Shown here piece by piece: positions 27,755 to 38,318 of a stretch of DNA of 64,000 nucleotides. Below the pieces are notes generated by a model. That model had not been told where the DNA came from, ran no database searches, and saw only the letters and a list, made by a program, of their open reading frames with translations. The stretch spans positions 64,871 through 128,870 of the forward strand of contig CALBZC010000026.1 of NCBI GenBank assembly GCA_937889945.1. The letters run 5' to 3'. The position numbers and the translations under genes are program-made. Position 1 is the stretch's first letter; each line of letters begins with the position of its first letter. This DNA is from an uncultured Bacteroidales bacterium (lineage in GTDB: Bacteria > Bacteroidota > Bacteroidia > Bacteroidales > UBA4417).

Positions 27755-29455
27755 ATGAAATTTAAAAAATATATTACCGTAAAAGTTGCTTTATTTGCCG
27801 CGTTCACACTGTACTTATCCTATCATGCAGGAGCACAAAACAAAAGGACATACAACGAGGAAGTAACCATTATTGCTCCTTACGAACCTACTATTTCCGA
27901 CGCGTTTAAAATAAACCATGCGCCCAATGTAAGAGATACCATGAAAGTGCTGCCTAAAATGCGCTATGACATTACGCCTAAACTCACGCCCATGTTCCCC
28001 CCTTCGGTACCTTTCGCGGCGCTTAACTTTGTGCCTGACGGAATACAGAACTCCAAAAGGTTCTATGTACGCGGAGGAGCCGGAAACTACGGTACCTTAT
28101 ATGGAGAACTTTTCGCGGGCTCATTACCATCTACCCGTTATGCCGCCTCATTAAGGGTTAAACACCTTTCTTCATCAGGAAAAATAAAAGACTTTGCCAA
28201 TCCACAAAATAGCCTTAACGAAATTGAAGGTTACGCTTCACGCTTTTTTGAAGAACATGTTTTAAAAGGAAATGCGCACTACCGACGGTCTGCCTTGCAT
28301 TGGTACGGCATTCCAAGCACAATAGAAATCAATGAAAGTCGCATAAAACAACTATTTAACGACTACGGAGGCGAAATTTGCCTTGCCACCCAAAACAAAG
28401 ATAAAGATATGCTTAACTATTCACTGGGCATAGCCGCCAATGGATTAAACGACAATTATAAAACCAGTGAATTAAATATAAATGTAAAAGCAGGTGCAGA
28501 TAAAAATCTTTATTTGTTTGGCGAAGGGCAAGCGCAAAATGTAGGACTGTGCATGAATATTGGACATTGGACACAAAAAGACTCAATAAAAACTCATAAC
28601 AGTACCATTGTAAATCTACAGCCTTTCCTTAAAATGAAACTACATCATATAGAGTTATTGTTAGGGCTAAACGCTACATATGCCAAAGATACTTCATCTA
28701 CTATGTATTTCTATCCAAAAGCAGAAGCGCGTATAGAGCTTATTCCCGAAAATCTCGTGGTATTCGGTGGTTTTGAAGCCGGCAATATCCGCCAAGTTTC
28801 ATTGCTCAACCTTTACAAAGAAAACCCTTTTATTTCTCCTGTTCTATCCACCGGATTTGTAAAAGAAAAATATAATTTGCAAGGTGGCATATTGACTAAA
28901 ATAACCAAAAGCGTAAATGTAAATGTGTATGCAAACAACATACAAGTTGAAAATTATCCCTTTTTTATGGATAACCTCAACGATTATCGCCACACATTTG
29001 ATTTAACTTATGATAAAGTGAATGTTTCAAAAATAAAAGCACAAATTGAAATTGTTCCTGTAGATAATTTTCAATTAGCTATGAGCGGAATCTATAATTA
29101 TTATAAGCTGGATAAACAACCTTACGCGTGGTACAAACCTTCGGTGCAAGCAGAATTTAACGCTCGCTACGCATTCAGGAAATCGCTTATTGTAAACCTG
29201 CAAGCTATATATAACGACAAGGTATGGGCGCCTGCATTGATAAAAGACCCTGTGAACATCGCCAACCCTCCGCAACTGAAGCCTACACAACTCGATGCTT
29301 GGCTAGATTTAAGCATAGGTGGAGAGTTCCGTTATTCAAAAAATCTCTCTTTCTGGCTTAACCTCAATAATTTAACATCCACCCAATATTTCCATTGGTA
29401 TAATTATCCAAGCTATAAGTTAAACCTGTTAGGTGGAGTAAGTTATTCCTTTTAG
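27755..29455 (+). CDS. predicted outer-membrane beta-barrel protein, unknown function
   Basis: 566 aa. Signal peptide ending HAGAQ, amphipathic beta-strand pattern, and a C-terminal ..GGVSYSF beta-signal-like end. 20 bp downstream of the TPR gene. Confidence 0.55.
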   Translation: MKFKKYITVKVALFAAFTLYLSYHAGAQNKRTYNEEVTIIAPYEPTISDAFKINHAPNVRDTMKVLPKMRYDITPKLTPMFPPSVPFAALNFVPDGIQNSKRFYVRGGAGNYGTLYGELFAGSLPSTRYAASLRVKHLSSSGKIKDFANPQNSLNEIEGYASRFFEEHVLKGNAHYRRSALHWYGIPSTIEINESRIKQLFNDYGGEICLATQNKDKDMLNYSLGIAANGLNDNYKTSELNINVKAGADKNLYLFGEGQAQNVGLCMNIGHWTQKDSIKTHNSTIVNLQPFLKMKLHHIELLLGLNATYAKDTSSTMYFYPKAEARIELIPENLVVFGGFEAGNIRQVSLLNLYKENPFISPVLSTGFVKEKYNLQGGILTKITKSVNVNVYANNIQVENYPFFMDNLNDYRHTFDLTYDKVNVSKIKAQIEIVPVDNFQLAMSGIYNYYKLDKQPYAWYKPSVQAEFNARYAFRKSLIVNLQAIYNDKVWAPALIKDPVNIANPPQLKPTQLDAWLDLSIGGEFRYSKNLSFWLNLNNLTSTQYFHWYNYPSYKLNLLGGVSYSF

Positions 29456-29480
29456 ATATACGATTAGCTGTTATATTCAT

Positions 29481-29511
29481 AAAAACCCACCGGCTACACC
29501 GGTGGGTTTTT
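29481..29511 (+). terminator. strong rho-independent terminator (bidirectional shape)
   Basis: AAAAACCCACCGG / CCGGTGGGTTTTT with a 13-bp perfect stem, a 5-nt loop, and A/T runs on both sides. Confidence 0.8.
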
Positions 29512-29633
29512 ACTATGTATGGATAAATTTTTAATGTTTACAGCCATTTATTTTTTTAACAGCCTTTTCGTATTTATGCTTATAATTTATATCTTTGAAT
29601 AAAATTAACGCATCCACATAAAACATATCGTAT

Positions 29634-30080
29634 ATGGAAAACATCAACAATAACAACGAAAACACGCCCACCGTTCTTGACCCTAAAAAAAAGAAAGGCT
29701 CGATGGCAAAAAGCTTTCGTAGGTTTATGCGCCTTCTTTCTTTTTTAGTGCTGCTTATATTGGCGGGTTTTATTTACTGGCGTTTCTTTTTTGATTACAG
29801 TTATGGCAACCGTGCCGGTTTATTGCAAAAATTTTCAAAAAAAGGCACTATTTTTAAAACATACGAGGGTGAAATGATTTTAAGCAGTGTGCAAAGCAAT
29901 ACCAATGTAGCCATAGCATCCGAAAAGTTTATTTTTTCGGTTACATCTGAAGATGTTGCCAAACAACTTAATGCCCTGCAAGGCAAAAATGTAATCGTGG
30001 AATATAAAGAAAAAAACGGCACCCTGCCTTGGCGTGGCGACTCACGCTATATTGTCACGTCAGCTAAAGCTGAGCAGTAA
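29634..30080 (+). CDS. membrane-anchored hypothetical protein
   Basis: 148 aa. Basic N-terminus, one TM helix (LLSFLVLLILAGFIYW), then a soluble domain. Confidence 0.45.
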   Translation: MENINNNNENTPTVLDPKKKKGSMAKSFRRFMRLLSFLVLLILAGFIYWRFFFDYSYGNRAGLLQKFSKKGTIFKTYEGEMILSSVQSNTNVAIASEKFIFSVTSEDVAKQLNALQGKNVIVEYKEKNGTLPWRGDSRYIVTSAKAEQ

Positions 30081-31242
30081 TACGTGTTGCACGACTCTGC
30101 TTTGTTATTGTCTTGTTATCGGCATGAGAGATATGAACAATTGCCGGTTTTTTGCCTTTTTCAAAAGAACCGAATCTTTGGTTTATCCCCAAAAATTCTG
30201 CGCCATTTAATGTTGCCCATCTGATAACTTCTTGCAACGGAATAGCCGGAAAATGCGAGTGTATAGCTTTTATTTCCTCTAAAATACTTATTTGATGATT
30301 GGATGCTAAACTATCCGTTCCCAGAGTCAACGGTATTCCGCTTTTCCAAAGCATATCAACTTGTGGTAACCTGTTTTCTATATAAAGGTTGGCATGAGGG
30401 CATAAACAAAAAACGGCTTGTGGTAAATGTGTTTTTATAAAATCTACATCTTGCAAAGAAGTAAACGTATTATGCACCAATAAAATTTTTGATGCAAACC
30501 TCAAATATCTCCACACATGCTCTATGGGTCGCTTCCCATTGCCTTTAAAATCGGGCAAATCGGGTGTAAATATTTTTCGCCTTTGTGCAATGGAGCCGCT
30601 TCCATCCATAAAAAAAAGATTCTCGTCTTGCGTTTCTTGGTGATGAATACTTAATATACTCTTATTTTCTTGATTGTATGCAGAAATTTTCTCAAAAAGC
30701 CTATCTGATAGCGAATACGTTGCATGTGGCGTAATCGATGAAGGTGAAAACGCCTCTTTCATTTCTAACGCACGACGAAATATTTCATCGGCTCTATCGG
30801 GATGGGAACCGAAAATTTCAATAAACGTGTGAAAATAATGTGAACTGTTGCTTTTTAAGTCGCGTGTTTTTAAACCGTTTGAAATATCGGCAGTAGCCAC
30901 AATACCATTATGTTCCATTGCTGCAAAAGTACTATTTACGGCTTCTTGCAAAATTTCAGGATTAATACTGTTTCGCACCTCTTCCAATCGCGAAATAAAA
31001 TAATGCAACCCTCTGTTTTCCTCTATCAATCCTTCAGCCCACGAGAGTTCCAAATGATTATGCGTATTCACAAACCCCGGACATAATATGCCATTATAAA
31101 AGCGAATATTACTTTTTTCTATACCGCTATTTTCAATTGGCATTAAACTTTCTACCGTTCCCTGGTTATCCATAACAAGTACGGCATTTTGTAGCGGCTC
31201 CGCATGCACGGGAAAAATCCAATCGGCAGAGAAATACTGCAT
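30064..31242 (-). CDS. amidohydrolase-superfamily protein (chlorohydrolase/deaminase-like)
   Basis: 392 aa. Metal-binding HxH (VNTHNHLE), later HHQE, and a GTDS-type Asp region (LGTDSLASN). Confidence 0.7.
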   Translation of the reverse strand: MQYFSADWIFPVHAEPLQNAVLVMDNQGTVESLMPIENSGIEKSNIRFYNGILCPGFVNTHNHLELSWAEGLIEENRGLHYFISRLEEVRNSINPEILQEAVNSTFAAMEHNGIVATADISNGLKTRDLKSNSSHYFHTFIEIFGSHPDRADEIFRRALEMKEAFSPSSITPHATYSLSDRLFEKISAYNQENKSILSIHHQETQDENLFFMDGSGSIAQRRKIFTPDLPDFKGNGKRPIEHVWRYLRFASKILLVHNTFTSLQDVDFIKTHLPQAVFCLCPHANLYIENRLPQVDMLWKSGIPLTLGTDSLASNHQISILEEIKAIHSHFPAIPLQEVIRWATLNGAEFLGINQRFGSFEKGKKPAIVHISHADNKTITKQSRATRITAQL

Positions 31243-31369
31243 ATAAACTTATTTTTTTACAAATCTACTAAAAACATTGAGGGGGCAAAAGTTAAGATTA
31301 TCAAATTTTACACGTATAATTATTTTTTTATTTAAATACTTCTTAATTTTACATATTATTTAAAATAAC

Positions 31370-32152
31370 ATGAGGATGAAATCGGGAAAAGTAATATCCA
31401 CTGTAATAGGAGCCGCACTGCTCTCCATTGTAGCATATAATAAGCGCAACGCGCATAAGAAAACGGCAGCAAAGGAAATAAAAGATGAAACTACAGATTT
31501 ATTGCTGTTTGGAAGAGAAGCCATAACGCCTTTCTATGTTAAAAAACAGGGCAATTATAAAACGCTGGCAAAAGCTACCGAAGAATTTTGCGAAAAATTT
31601 ATAAAACCTGTACATCCTCAAAATTGGAACTGGAGCAAACGCGATTTTAACAAACAGGAAAATTATCCTACTGTTGAAGAGGCTAGTGTAATAAGAGATA
31701 TAATACTTCTCAACATGGAAAAAGGTAAAATCGGTCAGATTGATTTGTCCAAAATCATAAATAAATCTTCCATTCGGTCTTTCCTGCAACCATCCGCTAA
31801 GTATGAAAAATTTAACATGGAAGAATTTGCAGATGCACTAAAAATGGAACTACAGGCAAACTACCTTAAAGATGCCAATGCAACCAGCAACCACCCCCTA
31901 CTTATAGGAATTGCCGTACTCGGGCATATGCGTGAAAGCACATCCTTTTACAGCCGTTTAAGAATACTCAATTGGGAAGCTCAATTGTATGAATTGGAAA
32001 AAAAATACACGCATGATACGGAAAATGTTGAATATAAAGAATCTATGAAAACGCTGAAAAAAAGAATTACAAAAGCTAAATCCGATTTTAAAAAATTTCT
32101 TGAAGTTAATAGTGAACCTCCTGTTAATAAATCAATTGCAAAAGATAAATAA
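31370..32152 (+). CDS. hypothetical protein with N-terminal TM anchor
   Basis: 260 aa with no recognisable motif. Lys/Glu-rich C-terminus. Confidence 0.4.
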   Translation: MRMKSGKVISTVIGAALLSIVAYNKRNAHKKTAAKEIKDETTDLLLFGREAITPFYVKKQGNYKTLAKATEEFCEKFIKPVHPQNWNWSKRDFNKQENYPTVEEASVIRDIILLNMEKGKIGQIDLSKIINKSSIRSFLQPSAKYEKFNMEEFADALKMELQANYLKDANATSNHPLLIGIAVLGHMRESTSFYSRLRILNWEAQLYELEKKYTHDTENVEYKESMKTLKKRITKAKSDFKKFLEVNSEPPVNKSIAKDK

Positions 32153-32260
32153 TATCTTTTCTATTATTATTTATTCTTAAATATTTATAATATTTTTTTA
32201 TAAAACACAAAATTAGAGTATTTTCGCACCAAAATTCTATTACAAATACATTTATCTATT

Positions 32261-33889
32261 ATGAATCAATTTATTGAGGGAAATATAGTTGATATAATTG
32301 CAGAAGAAATTTACCCTGCCCAAATAGAGATTTGTGAAGGACATATCAAATCTATAAAAAAAAGTGCCGAAAAGTTTGATACATATATTTTACCTGGGTT
32401 AATTGATTCACACGTACACATAGAGAGCTCAATGCTCACCCCTGTGGAATTTGCACGCTTAGCCGTGGTGCATGGAAGCGTAGGCGCTGTTTGCGACCCA
32501 CACGAAATTGCCAATGTGCTGGGAGAAAAAGGAATTGATTTTATGTTGGATAATGCATCCCTCAGCCCGTTTCATTTTTATTTCGGCGCCCCTTCATGTG
32601 TGCCTGCTACAAGTTTCGAAACCTCGGGAGCAACATTGAATGCTGATGATGTAGGAAATTTGCTCAAGCGTGATGATATATATTTTCTTTCGGAAATGAT
32701 GAACTTTCCGGGTGTACTGAATAACGATAAAGAAGTAATTAAAAAACTTGCTTTTGCCCATAAATACAACAAGCCGGTTGATGGACATGCGCCCGGGCTT
32801 ACGGCAGAAAATATAAAAAAATATGCCCAAGCAGGTATTTCTACAGACCATGAATGTATTGACATTCCTGAGGCTGAAGCTAAAATAAATGCAGGAATGC
32901 ATATTTTGATAAGAGAAGGAAGCGCGGCACGCAATTTTGATGCATTAATCCCGTTAATTGAAAAATATCCGGAAAAAATAATGTTTTGCAGCGATGATAA
33001 ACATCCGGATGAACTTGCCGAAGGGCACATTAATCGGTTAGTGAAAAGAGCGATAAGCAAAGGGTATAATGTGATGGATGTTATAAAAGCTGCTACATTA
33101 AATCCCGTGAGGCATTATAAGCTTAACTGCGGACTATTGCAGCAAGCTGATCCGGCAGATTTTATTGTGGTTGACAACCTGAAAGACTTTAATGTTTTAA
33201 AAACTTTTATCCACGGGAAATGTGTAGCTGAAAAAGGAGCAACTCTATTGCCCTCCGAAAGCAGCAGCCCTCTAAATAATTTTTGCGCACAGCCTATCAG
33301 CCTGACAGACATACAAGTGCCTGCAAAGAAAAAAACAGTGAATGTTATACAGGCGCTGGAACATAGCTTATATACACCTCTCTTAAAAGATACCCCCGCC
33401 GTTGAAAACGGAAATTATATAGCAGATTTGAACAAAGATTTGTTAAAAATTGTTATACTAAATAGGTATATTCAAAAACCTGCCGTGGTAGGATTTATAC
33501 AGGGTTTTGGGCTGAAAAATGCAGCACTTGCATCAACCGTTGCACATGACAGCCATAACATTATTTGTGTAGGAAGCAGTGATGACACAATAGTTAATGC
33601 AATAAATGCGTTAATAGAAAAGAAAGGTGGAATCGTTATCAGTGAAAATGATAGAATTGACTCTTTGGAATTACCTATAGCTGGTTTGTTATCAAACAAA
33701 GAGGGTTATGAAGTTGCCGAAGAATATAAACGGTTAAATGAAAAAGCTAAAATGTTATGCAACAATAAATTAAGTGCGCCTTTTATGACCTTGTCTTTTA
33801 TGGCTTTATTAGTAATACCTGAAATTAAAATCGGAGATAAGGGACTATTTGATGTAAATTTATTTAATTTTATTGATGTGTATGCATAA
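32261..33889 (+). CDS. ade: adenine deaminase
   Basis: 542 aa. PGLIDSHVHIESSML metal site, DGHAPG, CSDDKHP. Length and C-terminal domain are typical of Ade. Confidence 0.85.
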   Translation: MNQFIEGNIVDIIAEEIYPAQIEICEGHIKSIKKSAEKFDTYILPGLIDSHVHIESSMLTPVEFARLAVVHGSVGAVCDPHEIANVLGEKGIDFMLDNASLSPFHFYFGAPSCVPATSFETSGATLNADDVGNLLKRDDIYFLSEMMNFPGVLNNDKEVIKKLAFAHKYNKPVDGHAPGLTAENIKKYAQAGISTDHECIDIPEAEAKINAGMHILIREGSAARNFDALIPLIEKYPEKIMFCSDDKHPDELAEGHINRLVKRAISKGYNVMDVIKAATLNPVRHYKLNCGLLQQADPADFIVVDNLKDFNVLKTFIHGKCVAEKGATLLPSESSSPLNNFCAQPISLTDIQVPAKKKTVNVIQALEHSLYTPLLKDTPAVENGNYIADLNKDLLKIVILNRYIQKPAVVGFIQGFGLKNAALASTVAHDSHNIICVGSSDDTIVNAINALIEKKGGIVISENDRIDSLELPIAGLLSNKEGYEVAEEYKRLNEKAKMLCNNKLSAPFMTLSFMALLVIPEIKIGDKGLFDVNLFNFIDVYA

Positions 33890-33971
33890 AAAAAGCATTG
33901 ACACTCTTTAAAAAAACCATTAAATTGTATTTGTATTTGTTTTATTTATAAATTTGTAAAAAAAGAAAAAA

Positions 33972-34283
33972 ATGACAGAAAAATTAAAATTGGATATCGT
34001 TAAGTTAGAAGCTGCTGCAAGCAAGCTCAGAGCAATGGCTCATCCTATGCGTATTGCCATCATTAACTTATTAAACGATAAAAAGAAACTTAACGTTACT
34101 GACATCTACAAAGCGTTAAAAATTGAACAAGCTGCGGCTTCGCATCACTTGAACATCTTAAAAAGCAAAGGCATTCTGATTTCCAGAAGAGACGGAAAAC
34201 AAATTTATTATGCTTTGCCTAACGATGCTTTACAAAATCTTATTACTTGCATAGATAAATGTAACGAAAACGCTCCTTACTAG
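33972..34283 (+). CDS. ArsR/SmtB family transcriptional regulator
   Basis: 103 aa. HPMRIAIINLL ... AASHHLNILKSKGIL is a winged-HTH pattern. Confidence 0.8.
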   Translation: MTEKLKLDIVKLEAAASKLRAMAHPMRIAIINLLNDKKKLNVTDIYKALKIEQAAASHHLNILKSKGILISRRDGKQIYYALPNDALQNLITCIDKCNENAPY

Positions 34284-35944
34284 TCGTTTTCCAAATCCCA
34301 ATCTTCCACAAGTTCCCAATTTGCCCTTACATCAAATATTTTGGGCATTATAATAACTTTTTCGGGTTGGGTTTTATGCAACAGATTTCCTGTATCCCAT
34401 TTGTTGTTATGATTTCTATCAATAACAGCTTTCAGGCGATATTTATTGGGCGCCAATAAATCAAAAGTAACCGATTTGTTGGCGTCGATGCTTTCCTGCC
34501 TTAGCACAATACCTTTTTCATTAATAAGTTGTATAAGTATAGGATAATCAGAAGCTTTGGCTTTCACATTTGTTTTTAACGTTCCATATTGCTCCCGCGC
34601 AAGCATACTAAAACCAATGGTTACCGAATCGTTTTTAGCGCCATACATATCTGTAAAAGTAGAACGCGGTATCTTTATTTTATACTCTGCATCAGGTTGC
34701 CAGGCATACTTCACAAGCAAATTACGCTTAATACTATCTGTAAAGTTTATTTTAGCTTCCACATCGCGCTTTGCTTTCACATCGTTAATCTTAATGTTTT
34801 CTATGGTTTCAGCAGAAATAGGGTTACTAAAAGTAAATATTAAATCTTTCTCAAATCCTAATTTACCATTATAAAGCGTTGCATAAAAAGGTAGATTATA
34901 AAGGTCTTTTTCATTTGTTTTACGATTGCCTGACGGAAGCTTTTTTACGGAAATAAAGTTTAAGGTGTCTTTCTTTAAATCTACATCCTGCACTGTCAAA
35001 CTAAAATTATTCGATTTTTCCTTTAGCCATATATTTAACGAATCTCTGGTAGCATTCCATTCCTGCAAGCCCCACTTGTCGGCTAATTGGGTAACCAATG
35101 GTTTTATGGTTACGCTTTTTGTAGGATACTTAAATGCCAGAAAAAGTTTCTCGGGCGATGGCATTTCGTATTTAACAACCCGCTGAACGGAATCTTGCGA
35201 AGCAAATAATCTAAGCATATACGAGGCGCTGTCTTTGGCGCGCGATTTAATATGCACGTTATCTGATATGAACCCCACATACTCGTTAGGGTCATACATA
35301 AAATTACCATTTTTATCTATAACGGCAATCATTTTATATTCTCCTTGTGCAAGACTACGCAAGGTAAATAAACCTTTATCGTTGCTACGTGTAACATATA
35401 CGGGAATTTCTTTCATGGGGATGCTATCGGCAAACTTATTATAAAGCATCACGGTGGCATCTTTTACAGTATCAGTAGTAAAAGCGTCTATCACCCTGCC
35501 CGATACCGACAATGTATCAATAACATTGCCTGTAGAAAAGCTAAAAGCATAATTTTTAAAAGGATTATTCTCATTATTATCTACGATGGCATCTCCAAAA
35601 AACATGTTATAAGTGGTATTGGGGCGTAAGCCTTCATCAAATTTCACAACTACCGATTTCCCTTTCACTTTTATGTCAGGTCTGTTTTTCAACGGTGGAG
35701 AAATAATAAATGACTTTTCGATATCTTTCAACGTAATATATTCGTCAAAACTTAATACTATTTTATTGCCTTTAAAGTTAGTAGTGCCTGACTTAGGGTC
35801 TGATTTTAATAATTTAGGGGGCTTTTCATCTTTAGGACCTCCGGTAGGTGAAACAATAGTAGCACAAGCGGCAGCACAACAAATAAAAAGCACAACAGAA
35901 ACGGCAAATATAAAGAAACGGTATTTTTTACTTTTCAAAAACAT
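34280..35944 (-). CDS. Ig-like-domain lipoprotein, unknown function
   Basis: 554 aa. Lipoprotein-type signal (LFICCAAAC), beta-rich, with N-terminal SbsA-Ig-like pattern PPKLLKSDPKSGTTNF. Confidence 0.55.
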   Translation of the reverse strand: MFLKSKKYRFFIFAVSVVLFICCAAACATIVSPTGGPKDEKPPKLLKSDPKSGTTNFKGNKIVLSFDEYITLKDIEKSFIISPPLKNRPDIKVKGKSVVVKFDEGLRPNTTYNMFFGDAIVDNNENNPFKNYAFSFSTGNVIDTLSVSGRVIDAFTTDTVKDATVMLYNKFADSIPMKEIPVYVTRSNDKGLFTLRSLAQGEYKMIAVIDKNGNFMYDPNEYVGFISDNVHIKSRAKDSASYMLRLFASQDSVQRVVKYEMPSPEKLFLAFKYPTKSVTIKPLVTQLADKWGLQEWNATRDSLNIWLKEKSNNFSLTVQDVDLKKDTLNFISVKKLPSGNRKTNEKDLYNLPFYATLYNGKLGFEKDLIFTFSNPISAETIENIKINDVKAKRDVEAKINFTDSIKRNLLVKYAWQPDAEYKIKIPRSTFTDMYGAKNDSVTIGFSMLAREQYGTLKTNVKAKASDYPILIQLINEKGIVLRQESIDANKSVTFDLLAPNKYRLKAVIDRNHNNKWDTGNLLHKTQPEKVIIMPKIFDVRANWELVEDWDLEND

Positions 35945-36075
35945 ACACTTTAATTTTATTACAAAGATGAGAATTTTCCGTCACATATTTTTGGTAATAA
36001 TTTCAAAAATCATACAAGGGCAGCAAGCTTATTAAAGCAATAAATTTATACTTTTACGCTTTAAAATTAACTGAG

Positions 36076-36651
36076 ATGGAAAAACAATATTTCGCACACG
36101 AAACAGCTATTATCGACGAGGGTTGCTCAATAGGAAAAGGAACAAAAATCTGGCATTTTTCACATATTATGGCAAATTGTACCATAGGTGAGAATTGTAA
36201 TATCGGGCAAAACGTGGTTGTATCTCCTGACGTGATTTTAGGGAATAACGTGAAAGTGCAGAATAATGTATCTATTTACACAGGGGTGATTTGCGAGAAT
36301 GATGTTTTCCTGGGACCCTCGATGGTATTTACAAATGTTATAAACCCACGCAGTGCGGTGAACCGCAAAAACGAATATATGAAAACGGTAGTACACAAAG
36401 GCGCTTCTATTGGCGCTAATGCTACTATTGTTTGCGGTCACGATATAGGTAAATATGCTTTTATTGGCGCCGGTGCCGTCATCACCAAAACGGTACCCAA
36501 TTATGCGCTAATGGTGGGCAATCCTGCCCGCCAAACCGGATGGATGAGCGAATATGGGCACAAGCTTAATTTTGATCAGAGAGGAAAAGCCGTTTGTCCG
36601 GAAAGTAAAGAAATTTACGAATTAAAAAACGGAATCGTAATTAAATTATAA
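36076..36651 (+). CDS. left-handed beta-helix sugar N-acetyltransferase (WbpD/FdtC-like)
   Basis: 191 aa. Hexapeptide repeats ([26 protein letters not shown], ...) and C-terminal [18 protein letters not shown]. Confidence 0.75.
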   Translation: MEKQYFAHETAIIDEGCSIGKGTKIWHFSHIMANCTIGENCNIGQNVVVSPDVILGNNVKVQNNVSIYTGVICENDVFLGPSMVFTNVINPRSAVNRKNEYMKTVVHKGASIGANATIVCGHDIGKYAFIGAGAVITKTVPNYALMVGNPARQTGWMSEYGHKLNFDQRGKAVCPESKEIYELKNGIVIKL

Positions 36652-36660
36652 CTCATTTTT

Positions 36661-37185
36661 ATGGAAATATTAGGAATAGGCTCAAGAATTAATCATGCTG
36701 ATTTAGGCAAAGGCGTAGTTACCAACGTGGATTCGAAAAAATACTGGGTAACTTTTATAGATAAGGGGTTGGAAACTATTGACATTTTAGATGAAAAAAT
36801 TGAAGTAATTGAAGCTGAGCAAACCGACCTGGATACTGTAAGCCTTTTTGAAGTAGAAAAAGTGCTCAGAAATGTGTTGCAAAGATACAGTGATATTTCC
36901 GAGAATGTAGCCATTGCCGACAAATGGAAAGGTGGCTCGTTGATATTGCAACCCGGCAACAATACGCAAGAAAAAGAAGTGCCTATCGATACGTTTTTTC
37001 ATAAAATCACTATGGTTCGCGACCGGTTACGCGTAATGGAACAAAAAATTAATGCCAGTAAACTGGAAGAAGATGAAAAAATTGAACTTCAACAATATAT
37101 CACAAAAATTTATGGTAGCTTAACTACTTTTAATGTGCTCTTTAAATATCAGGATGATTATTTTGTAGGAGAAAAAACAAAATAA
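36661..37185 (+). CDS. hypothetical protein
   Basis: 174-aa soluble protein with no recognisable motif. 9 bp downstream of the acetyltransferase gene. Confidence 0.4.
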   Translation: MEILGIGSRINHADLGKGVVTNVDSKKYWVTFIDKGLETIDILDEKIEVIEAEQTDLDTVSLFEVEKVLRNVLQRYSDISENVAIADKWKGGSLILQPGNNTQEKEVPIDTFFHKITMVRDRLRVMEQKINASKLEEDEKIELQQYITKIYGSLTTFNVLFKYQDDYFVGEKTK

Positions 37186-37188
37186 CTG

Positions 37189-38280
37189 TTAAAAATCTTC
37201 ACCAAAATCAATGGAAAGTTGAAGTGGAATGTTGGAATGTAGTAACGCATCACCATCATTTGTTTTAAGCGTTAACCCTATCAACCTTATTTTTCGCGTT
37301 TCTATATCGGGAATAAGAGATAGCAATTCTTTTCCTATCGTCAAAATTTGGTCATAGCCTTTGATGTTTTCACGCATAGTTTTGCTGCGCGAAACAATGG
37401 TGAAATCGGCATATTTAACTTTTAATACCAAGGTTTTGGCTGCAAATAAGCGTTTTTCGGCACGTGCTGCCACCTCATGCGCAATTTCTTCCAACTCATG
37501 CCATAAATCAGTATCTATATGCAAATCATTGCTAAAAGTTTGCTCTGCCCCAAGAGACTTGCGAATCCTATCATTCACAACCTCTCGGTTATCTATACCC
37601 CGTGCAAACAGATAATAATCGCTACCAGCTTTCCCAAAAGCACGCCTAAGGTCTTTTTCATCCCATTTAACAAGGTCGGCTCCTGTGTGAATACCTAACT
37701 CGTGCATTTTGCGTGCTGTTACTTTTCCTACGCCAAAAAATTTTTCAATATGAAGCTGGGCAATAAAATCTGCCGCCTTATCCGGCGTTATCACATATAA
37801 ACCATCCGGTTTATTATAATCGGAAGCTATTTTGGCAAGAAATTTACAATTAGACACACCGGCAGATGCCGTTAAACCTGTTTGCTCAAAAATCTTTTGT
37901 TTTATATCCTGTGCAATAAAGGTGGCTGAGGACATATTTTTATGATTTTCTGTTACATCCAAAAAAGCTTCATCTAACGAAAGAGGCTCCACTTTATCGG
38001 TATATTCCAAAAATATTTGTCTTATCTGGGCTGAAACTGACTTGTACACTTCAAAGCGAGGCATCACAAAAATAATATGCGGACATTTGCGCTTAGCCGT
38101 TACAGAAGGCATTGCCGAATGCACACCGTATTTACGTGCTTCGTAACTCGCGGTTGCCACCACACCTCTTTTACCGCCATACCCTACCGCTATAGCTTTC
38201 CCACGGTATGCAGGATTATCCCGCTGCTCTACAGAAGCATAAAAGGCATCCATGTCAATATGCAGTATTTTACGTAGCAT
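37189..38280 (-). CDS. dinB: DNA polymerase IV
   Basis: ILHIDMDAFYASVEQRDNP, SLDEAFLDV. 363 aa Y-family polymerase layout. Confidence 0.92.
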   Translation of the reverse strand: MLRKILHIDMDAFYASVEQRDNPAYRGKAIAVGYGGKRGVVATASYEARKYGVHSAMPSVTAKRKCPHIIFVMPRFEVYKSVSAQIRQIFLEYTDKVEPLSLDEAFLDVTENHKNMSSATFIAQDIKQKIFEQTGLTASAGVSNCKFLAKIASDYNKPDGLYVITPDKAADFIAQLHIEKFFGVGKVTARKMHELGIHTGADLVKWDEKDLRRAFGKAGSDYYLFARGIDNREVVNDRIRKSLGAEQTFSNDLHIDTDLWHELEEIAHEVAARAEKRLFAAKTLVLKVKYADFTIVSRSKTMRENIKGYDQILTIGKELLSLIPDIETRKIRLIGLTLKTNDGDALLHSNIPLQLSIDFGEDF

Positions 38281-38318
38281 ATTGTAAAAGTAAGAAATAG
38301 CCCTAAATAAACTGACAA

